A DNA stretch of 48,868 nucleotides from Octopus bimaculoides (lineage: Eukaryota), in the NCBI RefSeq assembly GCF_001194135.2, contig NC_068981.1, positions 116,892,985 to 116,941,852 on the forward strand, given 5' to 3'. Positions 22,070 to 37,329 of the stretch are shown in pieces. The stretch's first letter is position 1; every line of letters begins with the position of its first letter. Under the pieces are notes generated by a model, which was given only the letters and a program-made list of their open reading frames with translations, made no database searches and was not told the origin of the DNA. The translations under genes were made by a program, and so were the position numbers.

Positions 22070-23765
22070 CTCTCTCCCCCCGAACCTGCCCTGCCGTCTC
22101 CCACCTCCCTTATCCCTCACCTACAACCCCACCAACCTACCTATCNNNNNNNNNNNNNNNNNNNNNNNNNNNNNNNNNNNNNNNNNNNNNNNNNNNNNNN
22201 NNNNNNNNNNNNNNNNNNNNNNNNNNNNNNNNNNNNNNNNNNNNNNNNNNNNNNNNNNNNNNNNNNNNNNNNNNNNNNNNNNNNNNNNNNNNNNNNNNNN
22301 NNNNNNNNNNNNNNNNNNNNNNNNNNNNNNNNNNNNNNNNNNNNNNNNNNNNNNNNNNNNNNNNNNNNNNNNNNNNNNNNNNNNNNNNNNNNNNNNNNNN
22401 NNNNNNNNNNNNNNNNNNNNNNNNNNNNNNNNNNNNNNNNNNNNNNNNNNNNNNNNNNNNNNNNNNNGCACCCATCATTGACCCTATCACATCACCGACT
22501 CCTTCACCTGCACTTCTACCAATATCATCTATTGCATTTCCTGCTCTCTCTGCCATTCTCTGTACATTCTCTGTACATTGGCTGACCGGTTCGCGGAACA
22601 CCTCAGAGACATCCGCCACAACAATGACACCCCGGTCTCACGCCATTTCCGCTCTACCGGTTACTCTTTGCAACACCAGTCCGTGTTCGGATTGTCCTTG
22701 CACAGGGACCATCCGGACTCCCGTTTTCACCATGAGCAGAGATTAATCTTGTCTCTTCGCTCCTTTGCGCCGCATGGGCTCAACTCTCCTCCCCTCTTCA
22801 TCTAACCTCCTCCCCTTGCCTCTCTCCCCCTCCCTCCTACTTCCTCCCACCTCTCCTCTCTTACTCTGACTCCTACTTCTCTTCACCCCTACTCTCTTTC
22901 TCTCTTCTCTCTTCCTCTCTTTTTCTCTTCTCTCATACCCATTTCCCCTTCCCCCTTCATCGTAANNNNNNNNNNNNNNNNNNNNNNNNNNNNNNNNNNN
23001 NNNNNNNNNNNNNNNNNNNNNNNNNNNNNNNNNNNNNNNNNNNNNNNNNNNNNNNNNNNNNNNNNNNNNNNNNNNNNNNNNNNNNNNNNNNNNNNNNNNN
23101 NNNNNNNNNNNNNNNNNNNNNNNNNNNNNNNNNNNNNNNNNNNNNNNNNNNNNNNNNNNNNNNNNNNNNNNNNNNNNNNNNNNNNNNNNNNNNNNNNNNN
23201 NNNNNNNNNNNNNNNNNNNNNNNNNNNNNNNNNNNNNNNNNNNNNNNNNNNNNNCTCTACCCACACCCTTAGCGTAACCCACACCCCACCTGTGCTTTCC
23301 CCACTCTCGTCTCCCCTACCGCCCAACACCATCACACCACACCACACTACATCATACCACACAACACATCACATCGCAACACACCACCACGCACACACCA
23401 GCACTGACCAATTCCCATCCCCACATTTTCACACCTATACATACACACACGCACACGTCAAGATCACCAGCTCTCTTTCACACGCACATAGTACTCTCTT
23501 ACACACGCGCACCTTCGTTTTGGGATCACTACTAATTTATCTCCCCTTCTTAGCACTCCTGTGTGACCTTCTTTCCGGCATTCACCATGATAGATCGCTA
23601 ACCACAACACACATTTTTTCGTCTGCTTGTTTCTCTCCTTGTTTCTTTCTGTTTCTTTCTGCGGAAGAGCGTAGGCTCGAAACGCAAAAGACTTTTTCAA
23701 TTCCCGATCGTTATACTAATACATCGGTTTGTTTTCTACACCACCTGCCTTCATGTTTTGTTTTT
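22070..23765 (+). mobile_element. PLE family A 3' portion: GIY-YIG endonuclease remnant, CT-rich 3' UTR and hammerhead-like motif (spans two gaps)
   Basis: ITDSFTCTSTNIIYCISCSLCHSLY...LADRFAEHLRDIRHNNDTPVSRHF...EQRLILSLRSFAPHGLN. The YIGET motif is destroyed by a CTCTGTACATT duplication plus a deletion. Second copy at 10430-11197. Confidence 0.87.
23654..23691 (+). ncRNA. Minimal type I hammerhead-like motif with non-canonical core; this copy probably inactive
   Basis: TCTTT-CTGCGGA-A-GAGC-GTAG-GCTC-GAAAC-GCA-AAAGA: stem I 5 bp, stem II 4 bp with tetraloop, GAAAC. Deviates at A6 (C) and U16.1 (C). Confidence 0.5.
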
Positions 23766-23814
23766 TTCTTTTGTGAATTCTCCCTATATATATATATATG
23801 TGTGTGTGTGTGCT

Positions 23815-23975
23815 TTGCAGCATTCTGTCCTGAGTTCGAATTCCGCCGAGGTCGGCTTTCCTTCTCATCCCTTCTGGGGCAATAAAATAAAAGCCAGTTG
23901 AACACTTGGGTTAAGGAAATAGAATTACCCCGTCACCCGACCTCGCTGATCTTGTACCAAACCTCGAAACCAATA
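23815..23975 (+). mobile_element. SINE family 2 fragment lacking the 5' end
   Basis: CTGAGTTCGAATTCCGCCGAGGTCGGCTTT matches the family 2 B-box/core region. Confidence 0.75.
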
Positions 23976-24144
23976 TTTTTGCTTCTGACTCTCAGAATTC
24001 ATTTATATATATATAATGTACAGGTAGAGCTTTAATACAATATTTAATGCCTGCTTTGAGAGTTTTCATCGCTGAATTTTGTTATTTGAAAGTTTTGTTT
24101 GCAGAAGGCAACATGATAAGAGGTATTCGAGCAGAACAAATAAT

Positions 24145-24584
24145 CCTTTCTGCTATAGACACAAAGCTTGACATTTTGAGGTAGGCACAAAGTTGATTAC
24201 ACCGACCCCAGTACTCAACTGGTACTTATTTCATAGGTCTCGAAAGGATAAAAGGCATAGCCGACCTCAGCGGAATTTGAACTCAGAACTTGAAGACGTA
24301 CGAAATACCACTAAGCATATCGCCCGACGTACTAACGATTCTGCCAGCCTTAGAGCAGAACAAATAATATTTTCTACTTTAGGCACAGGGCCCGAATTTT
24401 GGGGGTAGGGTTCCAGTCGATTAGATCGACCCCAGTATGTAACTGGTACTTAATTTATCGACCCAAAGAGGATGAAAGGCAAAGTTGACCTTGGCAGAAT
24501 TTGAACTCATAACGTAAAGACAGACGAAATACCAGTAAGCATATCGCCCGGTGTACTAACGATTCTGCCAGCTCATCGCCTTAC
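24145..24584 (-). mobile_element. Two tandem SINE family 2 copies separated and flanked by AGCAGAACAAATAAT
   Basis: 15-mer at 24130-24144, 24354-24368 and 24585-24599. Confidence 0.88.
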
Positions 24585-25258
24585 AGCAGAACAAATAATG
24601 ATTACTCATAGTTTGGAAAACAGTTTTAAGTAAAGTATACTGGTTTAATACATTGAATATGCTGCCGCCACTTCACTCTTCCATTTTCATGTTTTAAACA
24701 TACATGAGATTTCAACTCACAGGCACTGTGGCATATCACAGGGCTCTTTCTTGTACATTTATGTTGGGGCCTCTAAGCCACAGTAGCCAGCAAAGAGTTT
24801 GTTATACAACAGTCTTGTTCGGGTAGTGATTCGTCATCCAAGAAACGTGACATAGTCAGCAGTATGTTGTCTCATTCCCCGTCTATTTCTCTCTCAACCG
24901 CCTCCAATCTCATTGTCTTGCAACAAAGAGAGGACACTGTGAGTAGAGATGGTTGGCTGCTAAAGACTGCAGAAAATGTAAGAAAAACAAAAGGATCTTC
25001 CACTAAAAGACGAGAACACGTACGCAGAATCTTTGGTAATGTTCCGAAGCATAAAGTATAATACACCCAAATACTTACATGTAAATGAAAATACATTTGT
25101 GCTCTTTTAATGAAACTTGCCCCAATATAATTGCTATCTAAAATCGAATCTGTCAAACTCGGAATAACAGTTACCTGAGTTTTCAGCTTAGAATAAATTA
25201 GATAAAAATCAGAAGAATTCCCCTCTTCTTGTCCACTCAACTCTTCATATCATGATTG

Positions 25259-25332
<74 letters not shown>

Positions 25333-25379
25333 GTGTTTCTAGGTGCCTCTGTGTGTGTGTGTATGTGCGTATGTGTGTT

Positions 25380-25424
<45 letters not shown>

Positions 25425-25519
25425 CAGACAGAGAGAAACTATAAACTAGTTTGTGATTTCTTTTTAAACAAGTCTGTTGTATACATCGATTATATGTATA
25501 TATATATATATATATCCAT

Positions 25520-25726
25520 GTGTGTGTGTGTTCTTGGGTTTGTTTCTCTCAACCGTTTGACAAGTGTTGGTTTGTTTACGTTTCCATAAGCTAGCGGTTT
25601 AGCAAAAGAGACCGAGAGAATATGTACCACATTTAGAATCAAATATGGGACTCGATTTCTTTGACTAAATGCTTCAATGCAGTTTACCAAGCATGGCCGC
25701 AGTCTAATGACAAGTAAAAGATGAAA
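25520..25726 (+). mobile_element. SINE family 1, diverged 3' half
   Basis: Aligns to 12990-13190. Confidence 0.7.
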
Positions 25727-26700
25727 GAATTGGATATTTATTTACAACTTGCTTATTATAGATTCTATAATGTGGCATTTCAGAATTGCAAACACAGCTT
25801 CCTGACGCCCACTACTATTACCGTACCACGCAAAGGGTCTGCAAACCTTACAAGTTAGGAACCACCAGCGTCGATGCCTCGTATAATATGTAAAACTAGG
25901 TTTATTTTCACCAATTATCAGACTCTTTTGATTCAGGGCTAAAATGTTGAAATTTCTTTCTGGGGCTTCCCCCCTCCCTACCTATATTTGGATGTCATGA
26001 AGTAAACAGAATTTATATTCTAAAATATTTCAAGTGAGAGGTGTCAAGCTTCGTAGTCGATCAATATTTATACACTGGGTGCACGAAATGCTTCTAATAA
26101 CTTGTCAGATCACGTCTTTGATGTTTCTGTATCTTTTAAACCATTTCTCTCGCCCCCCCCCCCCCGACCGTCACCGGTCAAAATTGAAGATATACTCCTA
26201 CACTTCTTTCTCCTCATCATCAGCATCATTGTCATCTTCTAACACTATTCTTTCTACTACTTTTCCTCCCGATCGTAAGACTGTCCTTGTATTCTGATTA
26301 AAAGTACACGCATAATATACTCGCTCACTCTTAACCTAACAATCACAAACACCACCACCACACACACCTCGACAAATAAGCAGCTAAATGATGAACTGAC
26401 AACACCCGTTTTGTACCCGATTTCTTTTGGCAGTCATATTTAAATCACCCTTCATACACAAAAACGACACTTCTCTTCAATTTTCTTGATCGTTATTTTC
26501 TTACATGTTGACTTCACATTTTCTACATGGCTAGCGGCTTGTTATCCATTGTATTCCACACGACCTGCATACAAACGGACAACACAGTGTCATCTTTCCT
26601 TTTACCGCTCCGCGTTTTTTTTCCTCAAAAAATTACCGTATGTATGTGCACGTGGAAGTATTGTCATCAATCTGATAACAGGTGGTCAACTTCACCACTA

Positions 26701-26764
<64 letters not shown>

Positions 26765-26959
26765 TTATCTATCTCCACACACATACGCACGCGCATGTAT
26801 GTTATGTGACTCTTTATATGCATCAGCATGAGTATATTATAATGAACTGGACGAAGGGTTCTCCGTACCATCATAGAGTATTATACTTTATTTTGACGAT
26901 CCAGTTAACTGTCCAGTTAGCAATCCAGTTTGCAGTCAATTACTCAGACATGACAATCG

Positions 26960-27083
26960 GCAGCGTGGTAAGAAGCCTGTTTTGCAACTACGTGTTTTCC
27001 GGGTTCAATGCCACTGCGAGGTGTTTTGGGTAGGTGTCTCCTATATCAAAGGCGTCGTAGACGGAAACTGAAAGAAGCCCATC

Positions 27084-27090
<7 letters not shown>
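26960..27090 (+). mobile_element. SINE family 1, diverged 5' half running into (TA)n and a gap
   Basis: GCGTGGTAAGAAGC...GGGTTCAATGCCACTGCG...GTAGACGGAAACTGAAAGAAGCCC. Confidence 0.75.
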
Positions 27091-27132
<42 letters not shown>

Positions 27133-27384
27133 NNNNNNNNNNNNNNNNNNNNNNNNNNNNNNNNNNNNNNNNNNNNNNNNNNNNNNNNNNNNNNNNNNNN
27201 NNNNNNNNNNNNNNNNNNNNNNNNNNNNNNNNNNNNNNNNNNNNNNNNNNNNNNNNNNNNNNNNNNNNNNNNNNNNNNNNNNNNNNNNNNNNNNNNNNNN
27301 NNNNNNNNNNNNNNNNNNNNNNNNNNNNNNNNNNNNNNNNNNNNNNNNNNNNNNNNNNNNNNNNNNNNNNNNNNNNNNNNNNNN

Positions 27385-27443
<59 letters not shown>

Positions 27444-28023
27444 CTGTGTGTGCGTGTATGCTTCTGTGTGTTTTATTATTTTTATTATATAGACAGCGCT
27501 GTGAAGTGCTCAAGTCGACAACCTGAGACATTAGATATATATATTATACCTAAAAGGAGAATTCAGGTAGTTTCAGCGATTTAGAAAAAATAATACAACA
27601 TATTTTTAAATGTTTAAAATTTGCAGATACATGAATATATAAAAATATAATAGACATATATGGGTAGAAAAACTATAGTGATGTATAAAAATATTTTATC
27701 ATCTTAAAAGGTATATATTGAAGACATCGTCCTACTCACAGATTAAGAGCGTTGCTAAAAAGTTACTTAAAAAATATCAAAAATTAAAATTGTAAATCCT
27801 CGAGAAAAAATGAATAAAGAAATGTTTAAGCATCCAGATAGAAGGTAAAGTTTCCAATGATTAGATGGAGGTACTCCAATTTCAAGAAATAAGTGATGAT
27901 ACCCCGACGACCGTTGCACAGGTATCGTAATCCATACAAATAAAGGATATTCCTATCCAAATTTTACCTTCATCAGGGAGAATATATAAGTTAAGGCTTC
28001 ACATCTCATATACTGTCATAATG

Positions 28024-28410
28024 TGGAGGCGCAAAGGCACAGTGGTTAGGGCAGTGGATTCGCGGTCATAGGATCGCGGTTTCAATTCCCAGACCGGGCG
28101 TTGTGGGTGTTTATTGAGCGAAAACACCTAAAGCTCCACGAGGCTCCGGCAGGGGATGGTGGCGAACCCTGCTGTACTCTTCCACCACAACTTTCTCTCA
28201 CTCTTACTTCCTGTTTCTGTTGTGCCTGTAATTCAAAGGGTCAGCCTTGTCACACTGTGTCACGCTGAATATCCCCGAGAACTACGTTAAGGGTACACGT
28301 GTCTGTGGAGTGCTCAGCCACTTGCACGTTAATTTCACGAGCAGGCTGTTCCGTTGATCGGATCAACTGGAACCCTCGACGTCGTAAGCGACGGAGTGCC
28401 AACAACAACA
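28024..28410 (+). mobile_element. Full-length tRNA-headed SINE family 3 with (CAA)n tail and 12-bp TSD
   Basis: Perfect TSD ACTGTCATAATG at 28012-28023 and 28411-28422. A/B-box-like head. Confidence 0.93.
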
Positions 28411-29427
28411 ACTGTCATAATGAGTAAATAGGCGTTTGGTTTTATAAAGCGTTATGTGTTGGCTGGAAGAGGAAATATAGCAAGAATTGTGGGATGTAAC
28501 TTAGAAAATATGATCGATTATAAGCAAGTAATTACTCACTAAGAGGAAGGTGATTGAGAAACAGTTTTAGGTGATCTATTTTATGTGTAGCTCATTTATA
28601 TGGCTGACGAGTGTAAACAGAGTTATTTGTCGGTGGATTTGTAATGGTGAAAAGTAAAACGTTCTCCAAGTGAAACGTTGCTTGGGTAAATCTGGATTAA
28701 GGCTGAGTGCATTGGAGAGCGTTCTGCATGAGAAATAAAAAATATACATAAATTAGACAATCATACATATACATTCACATGTATTTGTGTAATGCACACA
28801 CACACATACACACGCATATGTGCGTGTGTATGTGTGTGTATAGTGGAAATATATAGTCAGTACAAGGTGTTGATGTGGTTGCGTGTATGTTATTACAATA
28901 GTTCATAAAGGGATGAAGAATAAATTCATGACCTATATATTTACTGCATGAAACTATATTTTATTTACTGGTCGATGATGATACATAATCAAAATGTAGA
29001 ATCTAGTTGAATGAAGTAATCTATGCAAACAAGTTCAGAGACAGAAAAGGTAGAAATAACAGCTTAGGTGGTGGCTATGTCCGTCTATTTCATAGATAAA
29101 TAGACAGACATAGCAATGACATGAATGGCTCTAAGTCTTACCGGCTAAGAAGCGAAAAGCAGGGTTAGCAAGCTGTTTTTTTTATTAATGGAGCGCTAGA
29201 CATTCTAGAAACTTCCGAGTGAAACGATAAGCTGCTTGAATAATTAAGAATCACGTCTCATGACACAGATGCTTCGAGAAACTTAGATAAGGGAGGTTAC
29301 TCTGTAATCTTTCTGTAAAGGAGATTTCTCAACTATTTAGCTACGTAGACCACTACATGTGTGTGTATGTCTGTGTGTGTACTACAAATGCATGGATATA
29401 TGCATGCACTAATACTAAGATAATATA

Positions 29428-30688
29428 CGATGGGTGTTCATTAAAGATTTCTTCTCACCCACTTTCGGTTATTGCAAGATAGGGAACTTGTACGGGTATA
29501 ATTATACATGTCTCTACATGTCACATTGTAAATTGTAGCTTTCCACTAATATTCGTTTGTCTTTAACGGCTGCTGAAGTGGACAATGGTGTTATAAGGGA
29601 GGCAGTTTAATGCAGTTCAGTGATCAGGTTCTTATACTTGAAAGATCGTACACAAAAAGATGCTTTTGAGGAGATGGAAGACGTTTATAGTAACGATGCA
29701 CCATGATACGACGTAGTCAAGCACTGGTATAGTCAATTCAAATGCGGAGGGACACTGCTCCTATTCCTGGAAAACTGGTTCACATTCCACCATTGATAAC
29801 GACACCATCCATAAAGTGGAAAGCGCCATTTTGGGAGATCGCCGCATAACTAATCCGCAACTAGCCCAAGAAGTGAAGATAAGTGTAGAGTCCGCGGAAA
29901 AATTATTCATAGCTGTTTGCACTTACGGATGCTCACACCTTTTCAGAAGCAGGAACGAGTCATTTGCTCCCAGGTTCTTTTGGCAATGTGCCAAGAAAAC
30001 GAGGAGGACTTTTTCCGCAGACATATCATACAGGATGAAACATGGGTTCATCACTATGATCCTGAGGTTAAAGTCAAGTCGAAGCAATGGAAGAATGATA
30101 ACTCACTACCTCGAAAGAAGGCTTGTACCCAATCACCAGCAGGCAAGGTAATGCTCAGTCTTTTGGGACCAGTATGGAGTAGTGATGATGGATTTTCTGG
30201 CAAAGGTCACCACAATTAACTGGACATATTATGTCTCTCTGCTGCAGAAATTGCGGGATGCTATCAACGCAGAGAGGTGTGGCATACTCACCAAAGGAGT
30301 CCGCCTCCTCCAAGACAACGTCCCAGTTCACAATGCACATGTTGCTTAGATGAAAGCACACTCTTGCAGCTAAGAAGTCTTTCCTCATCCCACCTTACTC
30401 TCCTGACCTTGCATCACTCCACTTCCACCTCTTTCCAACCATAAAGTCTTTTTTTTTTTAAAAGGGAAGCACTTTTCGGATAATGATCTTATTTCGAAGG
30501 TAAAGTCTTGGCTCCAAGCGCAACCTACCGACTTCTCCCGATGAGGTCTTCCCAGCTGCATAAATTAATGGAAGAAGTGTGCCACTATTGGTGGTGGCTA
30601 TAGAGAGAAGGACTAATTATTGTACCAAGTTTAGTTTATTCCAGCCCTTGAGAAGTGGGCTAGAGGAAATCTTCAAAGAACAGCTTCG
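29428..30688 (+). mobile_element. Full-length but decayed mariner (D,D34D-type) transposon
   Basis: Imperfect ~37-bp TIRs, each flanked by TA. Motifs QDETWVHHYDPE, LLQDNVPVH and PYSPDLA (third Asp reads His), KC.....G.Y terminus. WVP motif deleted; many stops and frameshifts. Confidence 0.93.
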
Positions 30689-31664
30689 TAGTGGAATCAA
30701 AAACTTCATTTATTTCAAATTGGGAAGTAAAATCTCCCTCTAAAGGTATGAGCATGATATATATACGTGTATGTGTGTGTGCATGTATGTGCGCACACAC
30801 ATATGTATACACATACATATGGATATACATACATATATAGATATGAGTATGTGCATGTATGTATGAGTTTGTGCATAGTCATACATAAACGTGTTCTGTA
30901 TACGTACAAGTATCACATATGCATGCATACGCTCTTTTCGTTGTTTTTCACCTGATTCAATGTGTGATCAAACCGAAAAAAAGCGTTAGCTGGCTTTTGT
31001 AAAGCACTACTTTCCTCATTGCCGTATCTACCACTAGTGTCTTTCAACTACAATAACAAGAAAAACAGCAACATCTGGAAAAACCACTGTCAACGCCATC
31101 CGTTGTTCACAGTTCTGTCCACTTGAAACGACACAAACCCCAGCAAACAACACTAGCGAAACCAATAGATAAACATAGTGAATGTTTAACAAGACGGCTC
31201 TCTTTGCAAAACTGGATCGGTAAAGTGTTTAGATTTCCATTGTAGGCACACTGTTTAGTTTTCTACGTCTGTGTGTGTTTGTATGCGATGTATCTGTGTT
31301 TAACTGAATGTAGTTCTATGTTAGTTCGTAATTTTGTGTAATTTTTGTTTAATCGTGTTGCTCATCTTTTTCTTTTTACGAAGTATCAAATGACTTGTAT
31401 GAAAGCTACTAACTCAGACATTGCATATAAAAAAGATAATAATTCGTTTTCGTTGTCCATTCATGAATAGTTAAGGGTGACTACTCCTTGATCTGCCAAA
31501 AATGAAACTAACAAAACGCTAATAATAAATGAATAAAAGATAAAATATATCATTTACTTATCACTTCATTTCCATTTATTTTTTACTTAGTTCATATTTT
31601 CATTCGTGTCATTAAACAGATAATGTTTGTAGTTACATGCTACCACCTACCCTTCTCCTTACAC

Positions 31665-31909
<245 letters not shown>

Positions 31910-33058
31910 CAGTAGTCTTATTTTTATAACGTACTTTCACTGCACTACTGAGCGCAGCTCTGTGTGCCTTGGATACGTGCTGTAGTTTGTTGTGATGCTG
32001 TTATAGTTACTGTATTGAACGCGTTTTATATAAGATGTGTGCGGTGTCTAGTAGTGCTATTTTCTGTATGTTATATATTTTTAGTCCTAGTGTTTTTGTT
32101 ATGTATTTGTCTGAATATTTTTTTCATACCAAATGCGCCCACTATGATTGGAGTTGTTTCTGTTTTTAGATTCCACATTCGAGTTACCTCTATTTCAAGG
32201 TCTTTGTATTTTGAAAGTTTCTCCATTTCTTTTAGAGAAACGTTGTCATCTGTTGGTATTGATACATCAATTAGAAAGCATATTTTTTTCTTGATGATCT
32301 CTGACAACTATATCCAGTCTATTGGCCTTAATTTCTCTATCTGTGTGTATTGGCATATCCCAGAGTATGGTTGTTTTCTCGTTTTCTGTGAGCCTTTTTA
32401 GCGTGTGCCTATACCATCTTTTTTCTGTTGTTATTCCGTAGTGTTGGCATAGCTTCCAGTGTATGTAGGTTCCATCCCTGTCCTGTCTGTGAATATATTC
32501 CTTCTTAGCCAGGACTGGGTAGCAGAGACAATATGATTTATTGTTTCTTGTCCATTTCCACATATTCTGCCGTTAGTTGTTCTGTTTCTTTTCATCATGT
32601 TTTTGACAATTTCCGGAGGGGAGGTTGCAATTAAAAATCTTTCAGTCTCTACTTTTAGTCCCGAGCTACTCAGCCACTGTTGGGATTTTGCTTTGTCTAT
32701 TTCTTTTGCATTTAGTTTAATCCAGTATTTGCCATGAAGGGGCTTTTCTTGCCATCGTTTTATCATGATCCGTCGCCTTTCTTGTTTTAGTTTGGATTTC
32801 ATTTGTTTTACAGCTTTTGTTGTTTCTTCTTTTTCTTCATAGTTGTTAGGTAGTATGACTTCTTGTTTGAATTTGTCAGCTTCCTTAAAGACTTAAAACA
32901 GTATTTTTGCTTTGTTTGTATTTTGTGGCTATTTGTATTAGTTTTCGTTGCTTCTGAAGTAGGTACTTTTGTAGTCCTATGGTGGTTATTTTGTAATAGT
33001 TTTCTAGCTGCATAAGGCCTATACCACCTTCTGTACGTTGTATATATAACCTTTCTAT
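31910..33058 (-). mobile_element. 5'-truncated R4/Dong-like LINE subfamily A (thumb, CCHC, RLE, 3' UTR)
   Basis: RWQEKPLHGKY, LKVETERFLIA, RICG...ETINHIV, ILWDMPIHTDREIKANRLDIVV, FLIDVSIPTD...EKLSKYKDLEIE. 3' UTR matches 228-324. Confidence 0.92.
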
Positions 33059-33063
33059 GTCGG

Positions 33064-34880
<1,817 letters not shown>

Positions 34881-35100
34881 GGTATTTACTCACAAAACCA
34901 AGTGCACCAATTATTATTTATTTGAATGTCAATTAATAATCTAGATTGAGAAGATGAATGTTTTAAAGTAATTGTCCATAGCTAACTTCTTTCTCTTTGA
35001 TTTTCAAAGTGATGTTCACGTCACCTGGACAGCTGGCCTCATTGACGGTACATAATTTTTCCTGTATGTATGTTTGTATGTATGTATTTATGTATGCACG

Positions 35101-35132
<32 letters not shown>

Positions 35133-35610
35133 ATTCAGGAAAAACAATAACAGAACGCATAAAATTGAAATTTTCAGCATTAGACATAGTAATCCTACTT
35201 GAAAAATGTTTCACTCATCTGTCTACCTTCGCTGTCTACTCTTACAAATAGAATTAGTTTAATGATGTAAAAAAAGAGAAAATTGATGGAATTAAAGATT
35301 TCTCTTTTGATAGAATGAAAAGAATGTAGAATGAACCCATATTGATCGAACTTGATTGAGGAATATTTACATCAGTCCTGAAAGAATATATTTGTGCATT
35401 TCAGTAAATTTAATTTATCTTTAAAAGACATATAATTTCATGCTGAGATTAAATTTATTTTTATCAAATATATAAACATGACATCACACGCACACGCACG
35501 CACACACACACACACGCACACGCACACACACACACGCACACGCACACACACACATGTATGAATCTACCTATGTATATAGGTATACATATATACATATATA
35601 TATATATATA

Positions 35611-36687
35611 GATAAACTTACATGGAAATGGATGCGTGGCGTTCAATCATATAACAATATAAATGATATANNNNNNNNNNNNNNNNNNNNNNNNNNNNNN
35701 NNNNNNNNNNNNNNNNNNNNNNNNNNNNNNNNNNNNNNNNNNNNNNNNNNNNNNNNNNNNNNNNNNNNNNNNNNNNNNNNNNNNNNNNNNNNNNNNNNNN
35801 NNNNNNNNNNNNNNNNNNNNNNNNNNNNNNNNNNNNNNNNNNNNNNNNNNNNNNNNNNNNNNNNNNNNNNNNNNNNNNNNNNNNNNNNNNNNNNNNNNNN
35901 NNNNNNNNNNNNNNNNNNNNNNNNNNNNNNNNNNNNNNNNNNNNNNNNNNNNNNNNNNNNNNNNNNNNNNNNNTATATATATATATATATATATATATAT
36001 GCATATATGTGTACAGGACGTCACAAAACGTAAACAACATGAAATACGAAGACAAACTTAGGTATGCGACCAACTAGAAAAACAGATTGAAAACAAAGCA
36101 ACTAACATAAAGAATGACCCTTTATTAGCTGTTGGCTGTCTATCTACTCCCCATTTCGAACAATTAACGACAATGTGAGGCTTCGATAGTTGCTCCCGCG
36201 AACCAAAATAAAATTTGGGATTTGCGGAGAGTCTAAGTTGGTAACAAAACAGGACAGTGGAGACATACAACAAACCAAACGAAAACGAACATGGAGGGCT
36301 GTTAGGTAAGGTAGCTAACGCTGGAGGAATATTGTCTTTGACAAGAGAAAAGATAGAAGAGGAGACAGATATGAATGCGACTGGTCTGTAAGACAGACTG
36401 AAAGAAAAGATGGATGATCACGTGAGGAAACGTAAGATGGACGATGGTCACGTGTGACCAACGAGAGAGGGTAATGGAGAAGGGAGAGAGAGAGAGAAAA
36501 CGGTGAAGGGAAGAAAACATACTTAGAGAAAGGATGAGAGAGAAAAAACGAAAGGAGGAGAATGGGATAAAAAAGAATTAGACAAAGGAAGAGAGAGAAC
36601 AAGGTAGAGTCGAATCAAAATTATTAAGATAAACTTACATGGAAATGGATGCGTGGCGTCCAATCATATAATAATATAAATATATAT
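35611..36687 (-). mobile_element. Probable PLE 3' UTR/pseudo-LTR remnant bounded by ~58-bp direct repeats (spans a gap)
   Basis: Direct repeat GATAAACTTACATGGAAATGGATGCGTGGCGT(T/C)CAATCATATAA at 35611 and 36628. Pyrimidine-rich body on the minus strand. End motif shared with 9490-9615. Confidence 0.5.
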
Positions 36688-36770
36688 ATGCATATATATT
36701 GTACATATATGTATACATATGATGCATATATAGTACATATATTTATGTATATATGCATATATGTATATAT

Positions 36771-36827
<57 letters not shown>

Positions 36828-37329
36828 ACATACATATATATATGCGTGTGTGAGTGTGTGTTTCTATATGTATATGTATTTTTATGTCATGTTTCTATAT
36901 ATGTAATTGTGCTGCTGCACTCCTGTGTATATCTTGGTGTATGTGTACATGTATTTACATACTTAGCATATAAGGGATACTTCAGATTAACTCGAACGTG
37001 TGTTTCGTCCTTAACTCAAATACGTATTTCAAAGTGTAATGGTGGTTTCATAATTAGCTTTTCTACATCGTATGTTCTCATTCCACTTAACGCTATGCGA
37101 TTAGTGAATATATACATAAAGATTCTCCTAATCGACTTTTCATGCAAATATATGCACGCATGCATGCATTCATGTATATATGTATTTATATATGTATATA
37201 TGTATGTATATATGTATATATGTATGTATGTATGTATATATGTATGTATGTATGTATGTATGAATGTTTGTATGTATGTATGTATGTATGTATGTATGTA
37301 TGTATGTATGTATCAAAGAAACGGTTAAT

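Noticed and set aside
24130-24599. Repeat-spacer-repeat pattern reminiscent of CRISPR
   Set aside because: The 15-bp repeats and ~210-bp spacers are homologous SINE copies in a eukaryotic context, and there are no cas genes.
28024-28100. tRNA-like sequences at SINE heads (also 6647, 12806, 19649, 34273)
   Set aside because: No complete cloverleaf, and each continues into a repeated SINE body.
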